Below are positions 49,656 through 58,917 of a DNA stretch of 64,000 nt, one piece after another. The notes below the pieces were generated by a model. The model saw only the letters and a program-made list of their open reading frames with translations. It had not been told where the DNA came from and searched no databases. Numbering within the stretch: the first letter of the stretch is position 1; each line of letters opens with the position of its first letter. Source of the DNA: Candidatus Hermodarchaeum yapensis (GTDB lineage Archaea > Asgardarchaeota > Hermodarchaeia > Hermodarchaeales > Hermodarchaeaceae); the NCBI GenBank assembly GCA_016840405.1, contig JAEOSK010000008.1:1-64000 (forward strand), in the 5' to 3' direction. The position numbers and the translations under genes are program-made.

Positions 49656-50459
49656 TTGTCATCTAGCAAATTCTCAGCCAGAAAAAAAATTTGGCTGCTC
49701 CAATCCCCAACCTTTGAACAAGCCCTTCAGCTGCTAGATAAAGCAATTTCCCAAAAACGACTTATCCAGATGCTTGGAAGCTGCTATGTTGAATATCACG
49801 GACGGGCACGATCAGTACTAACAGAGGGAGAACGGCTCATCATCATGAAACGGGATGGCGCCATTCTTGTTCACAAAGAAAGCGGCGTAGAACCTGTCAA
49901 TTGGCAACCACCCGGCGCAACCCTAAAAGTTACACAAGAAAATGATAAACTCGTTCTTTCCGCTAATCGTGCGAAACCGCGTGAAACTGTCCGCATTGAT
50001 TTTTCTGCCATTACCATGATCAGTGCAAGCCTTATTGATGACACTGGCGAGCTTAGCATGTACTTAACAGAAGATGAAATGCAACGTGTTCTAAGTGCAA
50101 ATCCTGACCTCATCGAGCTTGGTCTCCGAACCATACGGCGAGAACGTCATGTTGCTCCCGGGTTCATCGACATCTTTGCTCGCGACACCCAAGGACGGCT
50201 CGTTATTATCGAAGTCAAACGACGCCGGGCTGATAATGAAGCAGCCCAACAACTCCATCGTTACATTAAGAGTCTGCAAGGTGATGAAACCGCTGATCTC
50301 CGAGGAATATTAGTTGCTCCCAGCCTTACAAAGGGCACTCATGCGCTCCTTCAACAGTTGGGCTTAGAATACCGGAAAATTGAACCCCAACAATGTGCTA
50401 TTTATCTACAAGAATCGGATTCGCGAAAACTTACTGATTATTTTCCCGAATCACAATAA
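49656..50459 (+). CDS. nucs: Endonuclease NucS/EndoMS
   Basis: Y.GRA.S.L, PVNWQPP, GFIDI, IIEVKR, QL.RY, RGILVAP. Confidence 0.93.
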   Translation: MSSSKFSARKKIWLLQSPTFEQALQLLDKAISQKRLIQMLGSCYVEYHGRARSVLTEGERLIIMKRDGAILVHKESGVEPVNWQPPGATLKVTQENDKLVLSANRAKPRETVRIDFSAITMISASLIDDTGELSMYLTEDEMQRVLSANPDLIELGLRTIRRERHVAPGFIDIFARDTQGRLVIIEVKRRRADNEAAQQLHRYIKSLQGDETADLRGILVAPSLTKGTHALLQQLGLEYRKIEPQQCAIYLQESDSRKLTDYFPESQ

Positions 50460-50467
50460 TAAGACAA

Positions 50468-50983
50468 CTAGCCGATGCAAGACCAAGCTATTTGACGAAA
50501 TCCTTCTGTAACGCCTTGGCCTTCTTTTGCGCTAGTCTCAAAATATCCCCAGCCCAGCTGTTGTGCATATCTCATTGCATCCTCTGATGAAACTTGACGT
50601 TGATCCACTAAATCGACCTTATTTGCTATCAACACTGATGGAATCGCACCAGTTACTTGAGCAACTTCGTCATACCATCCTGGAATATTATCAAAGGTAT
50701 GACGTCTTGTCACATCAAAAACTAAGATAATCCCTGCGGCTCCTCGATAAAAGACAGGACGTACCGAACTAAAATGCGGTTGACCTGCTAAGTCCCAAAG
50801 TTGTAATCGGACTAATGTATCACCAAAATTCAGTTCTTTCACCGCAAACGAAGTACCAACAGTCATGATGTATGATTCGCGGAAATGCCCCTCAGTGTAA
50901 CGGATAATGAGACTAGTTTTGCCGACGGCACCATCGCCAACGACGCAGACTTTGAGAACATACTGGCGTTGCGGTGTACTCAT
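50468..50983 (-). CDS. Rab/Ras-like small GTPase
   Basis: G1 GDGAVGKT, G2 T, G3 WDLAGQ, FYRGA, G4 NKVD, G5 ETSAK; start ATG 50983 assumed. Confidence 0.93.
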   Translation of the reverse strand: MSTPQRQYVLKVCVVGDGAVGKTSLIIRYTEGHFRESYIMTVGTSFAVKELNFGDTLVRLQLWDLAGQPHFSSVRPVFYRGAAGIILVFDVTRRHTFDNIPGWYDEVAQVTGAIPSVLIANKVDLVDQRQVSSEDAMRYAQQLGWGYFETSAKEGQGVTEGFRQIAWSCIG

Positions 50984-51132
50984 GTAGCCTTTCTCCTCGA
51001 GGGTTCGGTTTGTCTGACTTACGTTTGTGGCAATATATTGGTTTCGTTCATCCATGGGTTTTCTTTCAGTTAATTAATTTCGCCCAATGATTTTTATGGA
51101 CTTGAAGGATGTTAGGGGCAAGCTAGTCTAAC

Positions 51133-54123
51133 ATGGAGTGCGAATACGCAATGACGGTAACAGAGCTACCGAAGCAGTTCGATTTACCTTCTTTAGAAGA
51201 GGAAGTGCTACTCTTCTGGAAAAAGAATAAAGTGTATGAAAAGGTAACAGAACAGCTTTCGGGTCAACCAGTATTCAGGTTCTTAGATGGGCCCCCATAC
51301 ACTACCGGTGCAATCCACCTGGGAACGGCGTGGAACAAAATTCTGAAAGACATGGTATTACGTTTTCGTCGGATGCAGGGGTTCCGCGTTTTGGACACAC
51401 CTGGTTTTGATATGCACGGACTACCAATTGAAGTGCACGTAGAAAAAGCTCTGGGCATTAAATCGAAATTAGATATTGAAAGCAAGATTGGTGTTGATAA
51501 ATTCATAAAACAATGCCAGGATTTCGCCCTTTCTAACTTAGACCAGATGACAGAACAGTTCAAACGCACAGGAGTGTGGATGAACTGGAATCGCCCATAT
51601 CGCACGATTGATAATCCCTACATTGAAGGCACTTGGCACTTGATGAAACGAGCCTCTGAACGGGGATTGCTCTATCGCGGGTTACGATCAATAGATTGCT
51701 GCGTACGCTGTGAGACTGCAATTGCCAAACGAGAGCATGAATACAGAACAGTTGAGGATTATTCGATTTGGGTAAAGTTTCCAATAATCGGGAAAACTAA
51801 CGAGTATGTTGTGATTTGGACTACAACGCCATGGACACTTCCTGCTAATATGGCAGTGATGGTCAATCCCGAATTTGAATACCTTCGCGTGAAGGTTGAT
51901 AAGGAAGTGTGGATTCTAGCCAAAGGGCTAGCCAATATCATATTACAAGGGCTACTCAACAAACAATACGAAGTGGTTGAAGAGGTCAAAGGCACAAAGC
52001 TTCTGGGAATCCGTTATGAACATCCGTTGCTAGATGAGGTGCCCCGACAGGCAAAATTCCATGATGCTTCTGAGAAAGTTCATTCCGTCGTCTTAAGTGA
52101 GGAGCATGTGACCTTAGAGCAAGGAACAGGTCTGGTACATATGGCTCCTGGTCATGGTCCTCAGGACTTCGAGGTGGGTGAGCGTGAGGAAATTCCCATT
52201 TTTTGCCCAGTTACGCTTTCTGGCTCATTCTCGGAAGAGGGTGGAAAATATGCAGGAATGAAAGTTCAAGATGCAAATGAAGTTATTCTACAAGACTTAC
52301 GCCGAAAGAAGCTCCTAGTTCATCAAGATACAATTGAACATGAATATGCTCACTGTTGGCGGTGTGGTAGTCCTCTTGTATACCTTGCTACTGATCAGTG
52401 GTTCCTTCGCGTTAGCGAAATTCGAGAAGAAATTATTAAAAAGAACGAAGATGTCTACTGGGTACCTGATTGGGCGGGTCATACTTGGTTCCGCAATTGG
52501 GTACAAAATCTTCGGGATTGGTGTATTTCCAGGCAACGCTATTGGGGTGCTCCTCTACCAATCTGGAAATGTGAAAAATGTGAGGAAATTGAAGTCATAG
52601 GAAGCATAAACGAACTAAAAAAGAAATCAGGAAAAATCCCTGAGAACCTTCATCGACCCTGGATTGACGAACTCTCATGGCCCTGTTCGAAATGCAAAGA
52701 CACAATGAAACGGGTCTCTGATGTGTTAGATGTCTGGCTAGATAGCGGCGTAGCTCCATGGGCAAGTCGCTGGGCAACTTATGGCACAACAGACTTTGAT
52801 AATTGGGAAACAGCTGACTTCGTAATGGAAGGCAAAGATCAGATTAGCAGCTGGTTCAACACCCTCTTTAACTCAACAATGCTTGCAGATAACCGAGAAC
52901 CTTACAAAAGTGTCTATATGCATGGATTTACAGCTGATGAGCAAGGTCGACCAATGTCAAAATCAAAAGGCATTGGTGTCTTTCCCGAAGAGGTGGTGGA
53001 GAAATTTGGTGCTGAGACACTACGAATGTATTGTATCAAAAGCACCGGGCCCGGTGAAGATATGCATTTTCTCTGGAAAGATGTCGAAGATACCCGCCGT
53101 TCACTTTCAATTCTCTGGAACGTCTACGTCTTTGCAACAACTTTCATGAAAGCCGCGGGATATGATCCACAGGCTCATAAATTAAAACCTCAATCCTTAC
53201 AAAATGAAGATCGATGGATTCTCTCCCAGTTGCATCTATTAATCAAACAAGTTGGCGAGCGTCTTGAAAAATACGAACTACCATTTATACCACGGTTGAT
53301 GGAGTCCTTCATCGTCAAAGATTTGAGTCGTTGGTATATCAAGCTGATAAGACCACGAACTTGGGTGAGCTCTCAAGACGAAACAAAAACACAGGCATTT
53401 ACAACGCTTTACTACGTCTTACGAACCCTCTTAGCGGTACTAGCTCCCGTTCTACCTTTTCAGACAGAAAAAATGTATAAAGCCCTCGTTCGTTCTGCTG
53501 AGCCTGATGCCCCATTAAGCGTTCACATGCTTCCATGGCCCAAGGTCAACGAAAAGCTAATTGATCCTGAGCGGAGCCAAGAAATGGAATGGGTTTCTGA
53601 TATAGTAGAAGCAACTCAATTCATTCGCCAAGAGGAAGGTTTGAAGCTGCGTTGGCCCTGTCAACGTTTAGTCATTGTACCTTCAAAGAAAGAGTTCCAA
53701 CTTGAACATTTCAGCGACGTTGTAGCAAGTCAGACCAATGTAAAAACAGTTGAAATCCAAAAGAAAGCTAAAGGTGATTTACTCAAAAACAAAGAATTAC
53801 CTTTTGCTACGATATACCTCGACATCAGTGAAACTCCTGAAATTCGTGCTGAACGCCTTTCACGCGATCTTATTCGACAAATACAAGCAACCCGAAAGAA
53901 ACAAGGACTTCATGTTACGCAACGCATCAAACTGTATGTGGCGGCTAAATCATTGGAACTACGAAAAGCCGTAGAAATGACTCGAGATAGCATTGCTTCA
54001 AAAGTTGGTGCTATAACACTCGAAGTAGAGGAGAAAATACCTACCGTAAAGGGGCTTGCGGTTGGAAAACTCACATTTGCCAATAAGGAAGTTCAATTCG
54101 GCTTTATCGTCCAAGAGAAATAG
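51133..54123 (+). CDS. ileS: Isoleucine-tRNA ligase
   Basis: DGPPY..G.IHLG, WTTTPWT, GTG.VH.AP.HG, DWCISRQRYWG, EGKDQ, PMSKS. Confidence 0.95.
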   Translation: MECEYAMTVTELPKQFDLPSLEEEVLLFWKKNKVYEKVTEQLSGQPVFRFLDGPPYTTGAIHLGTAWNKILKDMVLRFRRMQGFRVLDTPGFDMHGLPIEVHVEKALGIKSKLDIESKIGVDKFIKQCQDFALSNLDQMTEQFKRTGVWMNWNRPYRTIDNPYIEGTWHLMKRASERGLLYRGLRSIDCCVRCETAIAKREHEYRTVEDYSIWVKFPIIGKTNEYVVIWTTTPWTLPANMAVMVNPEFEYLRVKVDKEVWILAKGLANIILQGLLNKQYEVVEEVKGTKLLGIRYEHPLLDEVPRQAKFHDASEKVHSVVLSEEHVTLEQGTGLVHMAPGHGPQDFEVGEREEIPIFCPVTLSGSFSEEGGKYAGMKVQDANEVILQDLRRKKLLVHQDTIEHEYAHCWRCGSPLVYLATDQWFLRVSEIREEIIKKNEDVYWVPDWAGHTWFRNWVQNLRDWCISRQRYWGAPLPIWKCEKCEEIEVIGSINELKKKSGKIPENLHRPWIDELSWPCSKCKDTMKRVSDVLDVWLDSGVAPWASRWATYGTTDFDNWETADFVMEGKDQISSWFNTLFNSTMLADNREPYKSVYMHGFTADEQGRPMSKSKGIGVFPEEVVEKFGAETLRMYCIKSTGPGEDMHFLWKDVEDTRRSLSILWNVYVFATTFMKAAGYDPQAHKLKPQSLQNEDRWILSQLHLLIKQVGERLEKYELPFIPRLMESFIVKDLSRWYIKLIRPRTWVSSQDETKTQAFTTLYYVLRTLLAVLAPVLPFQTEKMYKALVRSAEPDAPLSVHMLPWPKVNEKLIDPERSQEMEWVSDIVEATQFIRQEEGLKLRWPCQRLVIVPSKKEFQLEHFSDVVASQTNVKTVEIQKKAKGDLLKNKELPFATIYLDISETPEIRAERLSRDLIRQIQATRKKQGLHVTQRIKLYVAAKSLELRKAVEMTRDSIASKVGAITLEVEEKIPTVKGLAVGKLTFANKEVQFGFIVQEK

Positions 54124-54170
54124 ACGCCCCAACACATTTAAGCCGCAGTAAAACATCACAAAATTCACAA

Positions 54171-54316
54171 GGGCACGTGGCTTAGCCTGATGGAGCGCCG
54201 AACTTCTGCGTCCTTGGCGCAGAGTGTGTATGCCTTATATGGTGTCGCTCCGAACATTCGATTGCGAAGCCTAGGTAAGCCGGAGGTCGCGGGTTTGAAT
54301 CCCGCCGTGCCCACCA
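54171..54316 (+). tRNA. tRNA-Ile(UAU) with two introns (29/30 at 54201-54231; 37/38 at 54240-54277), CCA encoded
   Basis: Removing two BHB-bounded introns gives the arm CCGGC-CT-TAT-AA-GCCGG; acceptor GGGCACG/CGTGCCC, discriminator A73. Confidence 0.82.
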
Positions 54317-54327
54317 CTCTTCTACGG

Positions 54328-55854
54328 CTATTTCGATTGCCTTTTGTCATCAAATTTCTTTGCGGCAGTTTCGAAATCTATCCCAAATCCCGTTTCTTTT
54401 GTTAATCGAGTTCGTACCTGCATAAATACTGGAAACCGCGTAGCCTGACCGACAACAAGAGCTTCGCCTACAGTTAGACTTGAGATTGAAGTAAGAGTTG
54501 CCTTAGTAATTTTTTCTGACGTAGCTCGGATATGATCTAAATCATAAGGATTTGTGATTCGAAGGAAGATATTCGTACCGCATTGAGACAGAACAGTTGT
54601 TGACAGACGAACAGGGCGCTGCGAAATAATACAAAGTGACAAATTGTACTTACGCCCTTCACGTGCTACTGTTTCAAGAACTCCTTTAGAAAACGCAAGC
54701 GTGCGGCGTGCCTGAGGGCAGAATTGGTGGGCCTCTTCAAGAAACACAATGGTGGGAGGAATCGTTCCGTCTCTTCGCAGATCAAATAGATAGCGAAGAA
54801 CTGCATCAACAATAATCTGTTTCTTTTGTAAACTCACCGTTTCACTCATATCAAGAATGACCGCTTGTCCGGGTTTCATCAGTTTTGACCAATCAGGTGT
54901 AGGTGTTTTTCCAAAAAGTCGAAGACTTTGAAGATTATCTAACCAACCTAGAAGGGCATCGCGGGTCCTCACATTAATTGAAGGGTCTTGTTCGAGAGCA
55001 GTGATTAAATCCCCGATATCGTATGGCTGTCCTTTTCGCGTGCTTCGAAGGGTGCGGATTACCCGAGTAAGCTCTCGAACCTGAATGGTGCCCATATCTG
55101 GGGCATACGTTGCAAATGCTTTTGCACTCATTCGAGGTGTAGCAATTTCAACTAGTGGACTTTGGATGACAGTTATTTGGTCTTCGAAACTTTTTCCCTT
55201 GGCTCCACGCGATTCTGCTAGCCCCGTATATTCACCATGCACATCAATCACAAGTAACGCCGGACGACCTTGACTGGATTTTCGTGCAAGAAGCTCTTCC
55301 AACATTACAGATGCAGCGTAACTTTTTCCTGCCCCACTCATCGCAAGAAGCGCCACATGCTTTTGATACATTTTCGTCAAATTAAAGGTTGCAGGAATAT
55401 TATGGAATAATAACTGTCCGAGATGAACCCCATCTTTAGTAAAACCCAGAAATTCACCTAGAACCTTTGTATCTGGGGCCTTTACCTGAGTGCCAGGTGA
55501 AGGAGGGTAGGTAATCCTTCGAACATGGCCGTTTTCGAATATACCAAGGGGCTTAGCCTCAGCTAGCACATATTCCCATCGATCTATAGGAAAAATGGCG
55601 TTGAAAGCTTTCCCTGAGCGTGTAAACTCATGCACCGCATCAATTTGCGAAAAATACCGATTTGTCTTGTAAACTTGTTCAACATGAGCAAACACTGTCC
55701 CTTCCTCGGTCTCCATAGAGACATATTGTCCAACATGAATTGGGACTTGTTTATCCGATGGGGTATCATTGCGTTTTCCAATGACAAAGGAAACATTTTC
55801 CGTTGATGGACCATTTTCTGTGCAAACGACGGTTCCAATAGTTTCTGCTTTCAT
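54328..55854 (-). CDS. herA: HerA helicase/ATPase
   Basis: HAS barrel, HVALLAMSGAGKS, DVHGEY, EEAH, REGRKY, SQRP. Confidence 0.92.
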   Translation of the reverse strand: MKAETIGTVVCTENGPSTENVSFVIGKRNDTPSDKQVPIHVGQYVSMETEEGTVFAHVEQVYKTNRYFSQIDAVHEFTRSGKAFNAIFPIDRWEYVLAEAKPLGIFENGHVRRITYPPSPGTQVKAPDTKVLGEFLGFTKDGVHLGQLLFHNIPATFNLTKMYQKHVALLAMSGAGKSYAASVMLEELLARKSSQGRPALLVIDVHGEYTGLAESRGAKGKSFEDQITVIQSPLVEIATPRMSAKAFATYAPDMGTIQVRELTRVIRTLRSTRKGQPYDIGDLITALEQDPSINVRTRDALLGWLDNLQSLRLFGKTPTPDWSKLMKPGQAVILDMSETVSLQKKQIIVDAVLRYLFDLRRDGTIPPTIVFLEEAHQFCPQARRTLAFSKGVLETVAREGRKYNLSLCIISQRPVRLSTTVLSQCGTNIFLRITNPYDLDHIRATSEKITKATLTSISSLTVGEALVVGQATRFPVFMQVRTRLTKETGFGIDFETAAKKFDDKRQSK

Positions 55855-55883
55855 TCAAGTTTCATCCTACAATCAAATCATTT

Positions 55884-57062
55884 CTACTGAAATGGCATTC
55901 TTTCACGGCGTAATTTCAATACACTCTCCGGATAACCAATCCGGCTCGTCAGTTGGTTCAAGAGGAATTCTAGATCACGCTCGATTAACCGAGCTTGTGA
56001 ATCTGCATCAATTAATACAGAAGGAAGGGCAAATTCCTCGTTATCAGAAGACATAGGAAGCAACATTGCCCCAATTTTTTCAATTATACTCTTTGGGTCA
56101 TAAGATCCTGTAAATACCTCAACACGGAGCGGATAATCATATTCTGCCGTTCGTAAGTAAAAACAAACAAGCCCATTTTCTTGTTGGTTGGGCCCTTCAC
56201 CTTCAAGTGTATTTTCGATATTAGAATTATCTAGTCGCAGTATGGGTGATCGCTCACCTACATCGAGAATTCGGAAAAAGAAGTCTGAATCATAACTAAG
56301 CTGCAACACAGAGCGATAATCCAAATGAAGCATTGGTTCCAACTCAGGATGTCGAGTAATCAGATGTGGAAGTATCTCACCGAGAATGTGAATAAACCGT
56401 TGACTTCTGCTGTCTTTCACAACACCTGCTAGGAGCGTCCCTGTTTCCTCGCTCTTCGTGTACAGTTTTTCGAATAATTCGATAATTTCACCGTACTTTC
56501 TTGAGAATATGGATTGTTGTGATGGTCGATCATTAAGATGGGGCCTTAGCGAGCCATCCAATAACAACAACTCAGCAGGGTGATGATCTTGTACTCGGAT
56601 AGCCAATTCCAATTCGCCTTTCAATCGTTCAAGTGATGCATTAAGCTCTGCTTCTCGTCGAGATATTGGAGTTAGTTCTGCTTTCACAGTTGGCAGCGTT
56701 GTTTTTTCAGGAAAATAAATTGCAGAAACCCGATTAGAAGGTGTATATTCAAAAATGGTAGCATTAGCCCGAGTTATAACTAATTCCACACCGCGCAATG
56801 TATTTTTCAACAGTCCACCATCAACACCACACACGCGGAGACCGCTTAATTCCGTAGGAGTAACTTGACGGGCTAAATGATTATCAACAATGTATCGCTG
56901 AGCAAGCGGTAAGTCCGTTAAGAGATCAATCTTGTGGCGTTCACTTCGAAGAATAGAAGCAAAGGAATTTCTTTTCTCTTCTAACATTTGGATTTGTTGG
57001 ACAATTTTTTCTAATGCCTCATCCAACGCCCATAACTCGCGAATAGTCTTCATTCCTATCAT
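55884..57062 (-). CDS. nurA: NurA nuclease
   Basis: GVDGG, LLDGSL, GVVKDS, RVE, P.VL..AD..AR. Confidence 0.88.
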   Translation of the reverse strand: MIGMKTIRELWALDEALEKIVQQIQMLEEKRNSFASILRSERHKIDLLTDLPLAQRYIVDNHLARQVTPTELSGLRVCGVDGGLLKNTLRGVELVITRANATIFEYTPSNRVSAIYFPEKTTLPTVKAELTPISRREAELNASLERLKGELELAIRVQDHHPAELLLLDGSLRPHLNDRPSQQSIFSRKYGEIIELFEKLYTKSEETGTLLAGVVKDSRSQRFIHILGEILPHLITRHPELEPMLHLDYRSVLQLSYDSDFFFRILDVGERSPILRLDNSNIENTLEGEGPNQQENGLVCFYLRTAEYDYPLRVEVFTGSYDPKSIIEKIGAMLLPMSSDNEEFALPSVLIDADSQARLIERDLEFLLNQLTSRIGYPESVLKLRRERMPFQ

Positions 57063-57118
57063 CCAAACTGAGCTTTTCTAAGCTAGTTCCAAGCTTGGAA
57101 TTAAAACTTGGTATAACG

Positions 57119-57178
57119 TTAGGTTATCGAGAATAGTGAAGGCATCCTTCTTTGTTACCTTTATGTACTAGTTCTCTT
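57119..57178 (+). repeat. 60-bp element: motif A + 10-bp spacer + motif B
   Basis: TTAGGTTATCGAGAATAGTG-AAGGCATCCT-TCTTTGTTACCTTTATGTACTAGTTCTCTT; both motifs recur at 44.5-44.8 kb. Confidence 0.85.
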
Positions 57179-57225
57179 CGAAAATATCGAATACTACCAA
57201 TATTTCAAGACTATAAAAGATACCA

Positions 57226-57792
57226 ATGCCGGAAATCAAACTTTCTCTCAAACAGGCGCATATCTTTCTGAAACAACACATCCACGAGTCCAACATAATA
57301 AGACACAGTGAGGCCACGAAGCAAAAGGCTGTGCAAATCGCTCACCTCATTGCTCCAAAAGAATCTGTGAACATACAACTGATTGAACTTGGGGCTTTAC
57401 TCCACGATATTGGCCGAACACGAACACATGATATTACACATGGGTATGTTGGAGGGCAACTACTGCATCAAAATGGTTATCCATCAAGTGTAGTGAAAAT
57501 CGTTGAACGACACGTTCTTGGTGGGTTCACACCACAAGAAGCTCCTTTAGTCGGGCTTCCTAAACGAGATTTTGTTCCTCACTCTTGGGAAGAGATCATT
57601 GTATGTGTAGCTGACAAATTGGGGTCCTATGAATGGAACGGTATCAATCAGCCACAAAAATGGTTATCCAAAATGGATGCTCGTTTCGCACAACTTAAGA
57701 AACGGTATGACATTAGTGCACCATATCGGGCATCTATGCAACGTGCTAGGAACTTCGTCCGAATATTAGTCAATCTTGCTTCACACGACTAA
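57226..57792 (+). CDS. HD-domain (HDIG) phosphohydrolase
   Basis: RHS, LLHDIG, HG..G, VERH, VADK. Confidence 0.88.
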   Translation: MPEIKLSLKQAHIFLKQHIHESNIIRHSEATKQKAVQIAHLIAPKESVNIQLIELGALLHDIGRTRTHDITHGYVGGQLLHQNGYPSSVVKIVERHVLGGFTPQEAPLVGLPKRDFVPHSWEEIIVCVADKLGSYEWNGINQPQKWLSKMDARFAQLKKRYDISAPYRASMQRARNFVRILVNLASHD

Positions 57793-57798
57793 CGTCTG

Positions 57799-58584
57799 TT
57801 ATGGCGTTAGTATTATTGCAAGCATTGCCGGGTAGATAACCATTGCTGACAAGAAGATAATCAATGTAGTTAGAAGCGGGACAGTGAGATTATCAAACCC
57901 CGAGGGACTTATTGCTTCGATTAATGTGGCGCTTATAGCACAAATCACACTAAGGATTGCGATTTGTGTTGCATTAAAGACAGACGTTCCAGCAGTCGCA
58001 AACACGTCCAGGAAAAGCCAACAAACCCATGCACCCAGCAGTGAACTGATGAATACACTTATCGACCCCTCGAGGCTTCGAGTTGCGTTGCGAATGGTAT
58101 ACTTGTGTTTACCATATTTTGTCCCAATGATTGGGGCAATCCCATCACCCAAATACATCGCAGTCAAACCAAGAGCTGGGATGACAAAGAACGGTATGAG
58201 GTTTGGGAAGAAGGTAAATGTTGCGACTAATAAGTTAATAGAAATTGCATAAAGAAATGGACCCCAAATGTGACCCGACAGATAGTCTTCTTCTCTAGCC
58301 ATAACACCAAACATAGTTCTGAGACTTTTTACTGGGCTTCTTGGTGATGCTAAGAATATCAGAATTAACATCGGGAAGGATACTAGAAGGGCTATCCACG
58401 CTTGTGAGTAAAACGGGACTGTAAAAATGGAAAATCCTGCAAATAGATGAATGATTTTTCGTGTGACGGTGGTTGGAAGGTTCTGCCATCGACGTAGTAG
58501 TTCGCCCGTTACGATTACTCCAAATACCCATGCGTAAGCTATTGCAAGAATGATGAAATCTTGAAGAGTAAGAATGAACTGCAA
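57799..58584 (-). CDS. Dolichol/phytol kinase-like (SEC59/VTE5) membrane protein
   Basis: RKIIH, GDGIA..IG..YG, RSLEGS, DNLTVP. Confidence 0.87.
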   Translation of the reverse strand: MQFILTLQDFIILAIAYAWVFGVIVTGELLRRWQNLPTTVTRKIIHLFAGFSIFTVPFYSQAWIALLVSFPMLILIFLASPRSPVKSLRTMFGVMAREEDYLSGHIWGPFLYAISINLLVATFTFFPNLIPFFVIPALGLTAMYLGDGIAPIIGTKYGKHKYTIRNATRSLEGSISVFISSLLGAWVCWLFLDVFATAGTSVFNATQIAILSVICAISATLIEAISPSGFDNLTVPLLTTLIIFLSAMVIYPAMLAIILTP

Positions 58585-58644
58585 TCTGTATTCACCCGAG
58601 TTTGTACTCGACGCTTTGTCTTATCATCTATTTATCTTAATCCA

Positions 58645-58858
58645 CGAGAAGACCCTACCCTTCAGGAAGATGAGGACTTGTCGAGTTTAAATACATTCCC
58701 GGCCTGCTAAGGAGTGAGTTCCTAGTCCGCGATCCGAGAACCAAGGAAACCCGCGACTGGGCAACATCGCTGGAACGGCGAGTAGAGCCTGTGAACCAGT
58801 CGACATTGGTCGATGGGGTGAACCAGGAAACTCCCTCACTCAGGACGGGGTAGTTCAC
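58645..58858 (+). mobile_element. Transposase-less IS200/IS605 cassette encoding an omegaRNA-like RNA
   Basis: Left end CGAGAAGACCC..CCTTCAGG..GATGA; TATA TTTAAATA (58686); stems; GCCTGTG...GAACCAGGAA; right-end hairpin ending GGGGTAGTTCAC. Confidence 0.75.
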
Positions 58859-58917
58859 ACTCGGTGGGTTATTCATCAAAGAGTCTTTAAGGAGTGGTTT
58901 AACTCTTTATTGCTACA

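Noticed and set aside
50468-50482. Possible prenylation signal at the GTPase C-terminus (SCIG)
   Set aside because: Cys is third from the end, not CaaX, CC or CxC, and there is no flexible tail.
54165-54405. ORFs 54165-54353 and 54190-54405, likewise 58655-58879 and 63627-63953
   Set aside because: Shadow frames over the tRNA and the structured RNA cassettes, with no protein motifs.
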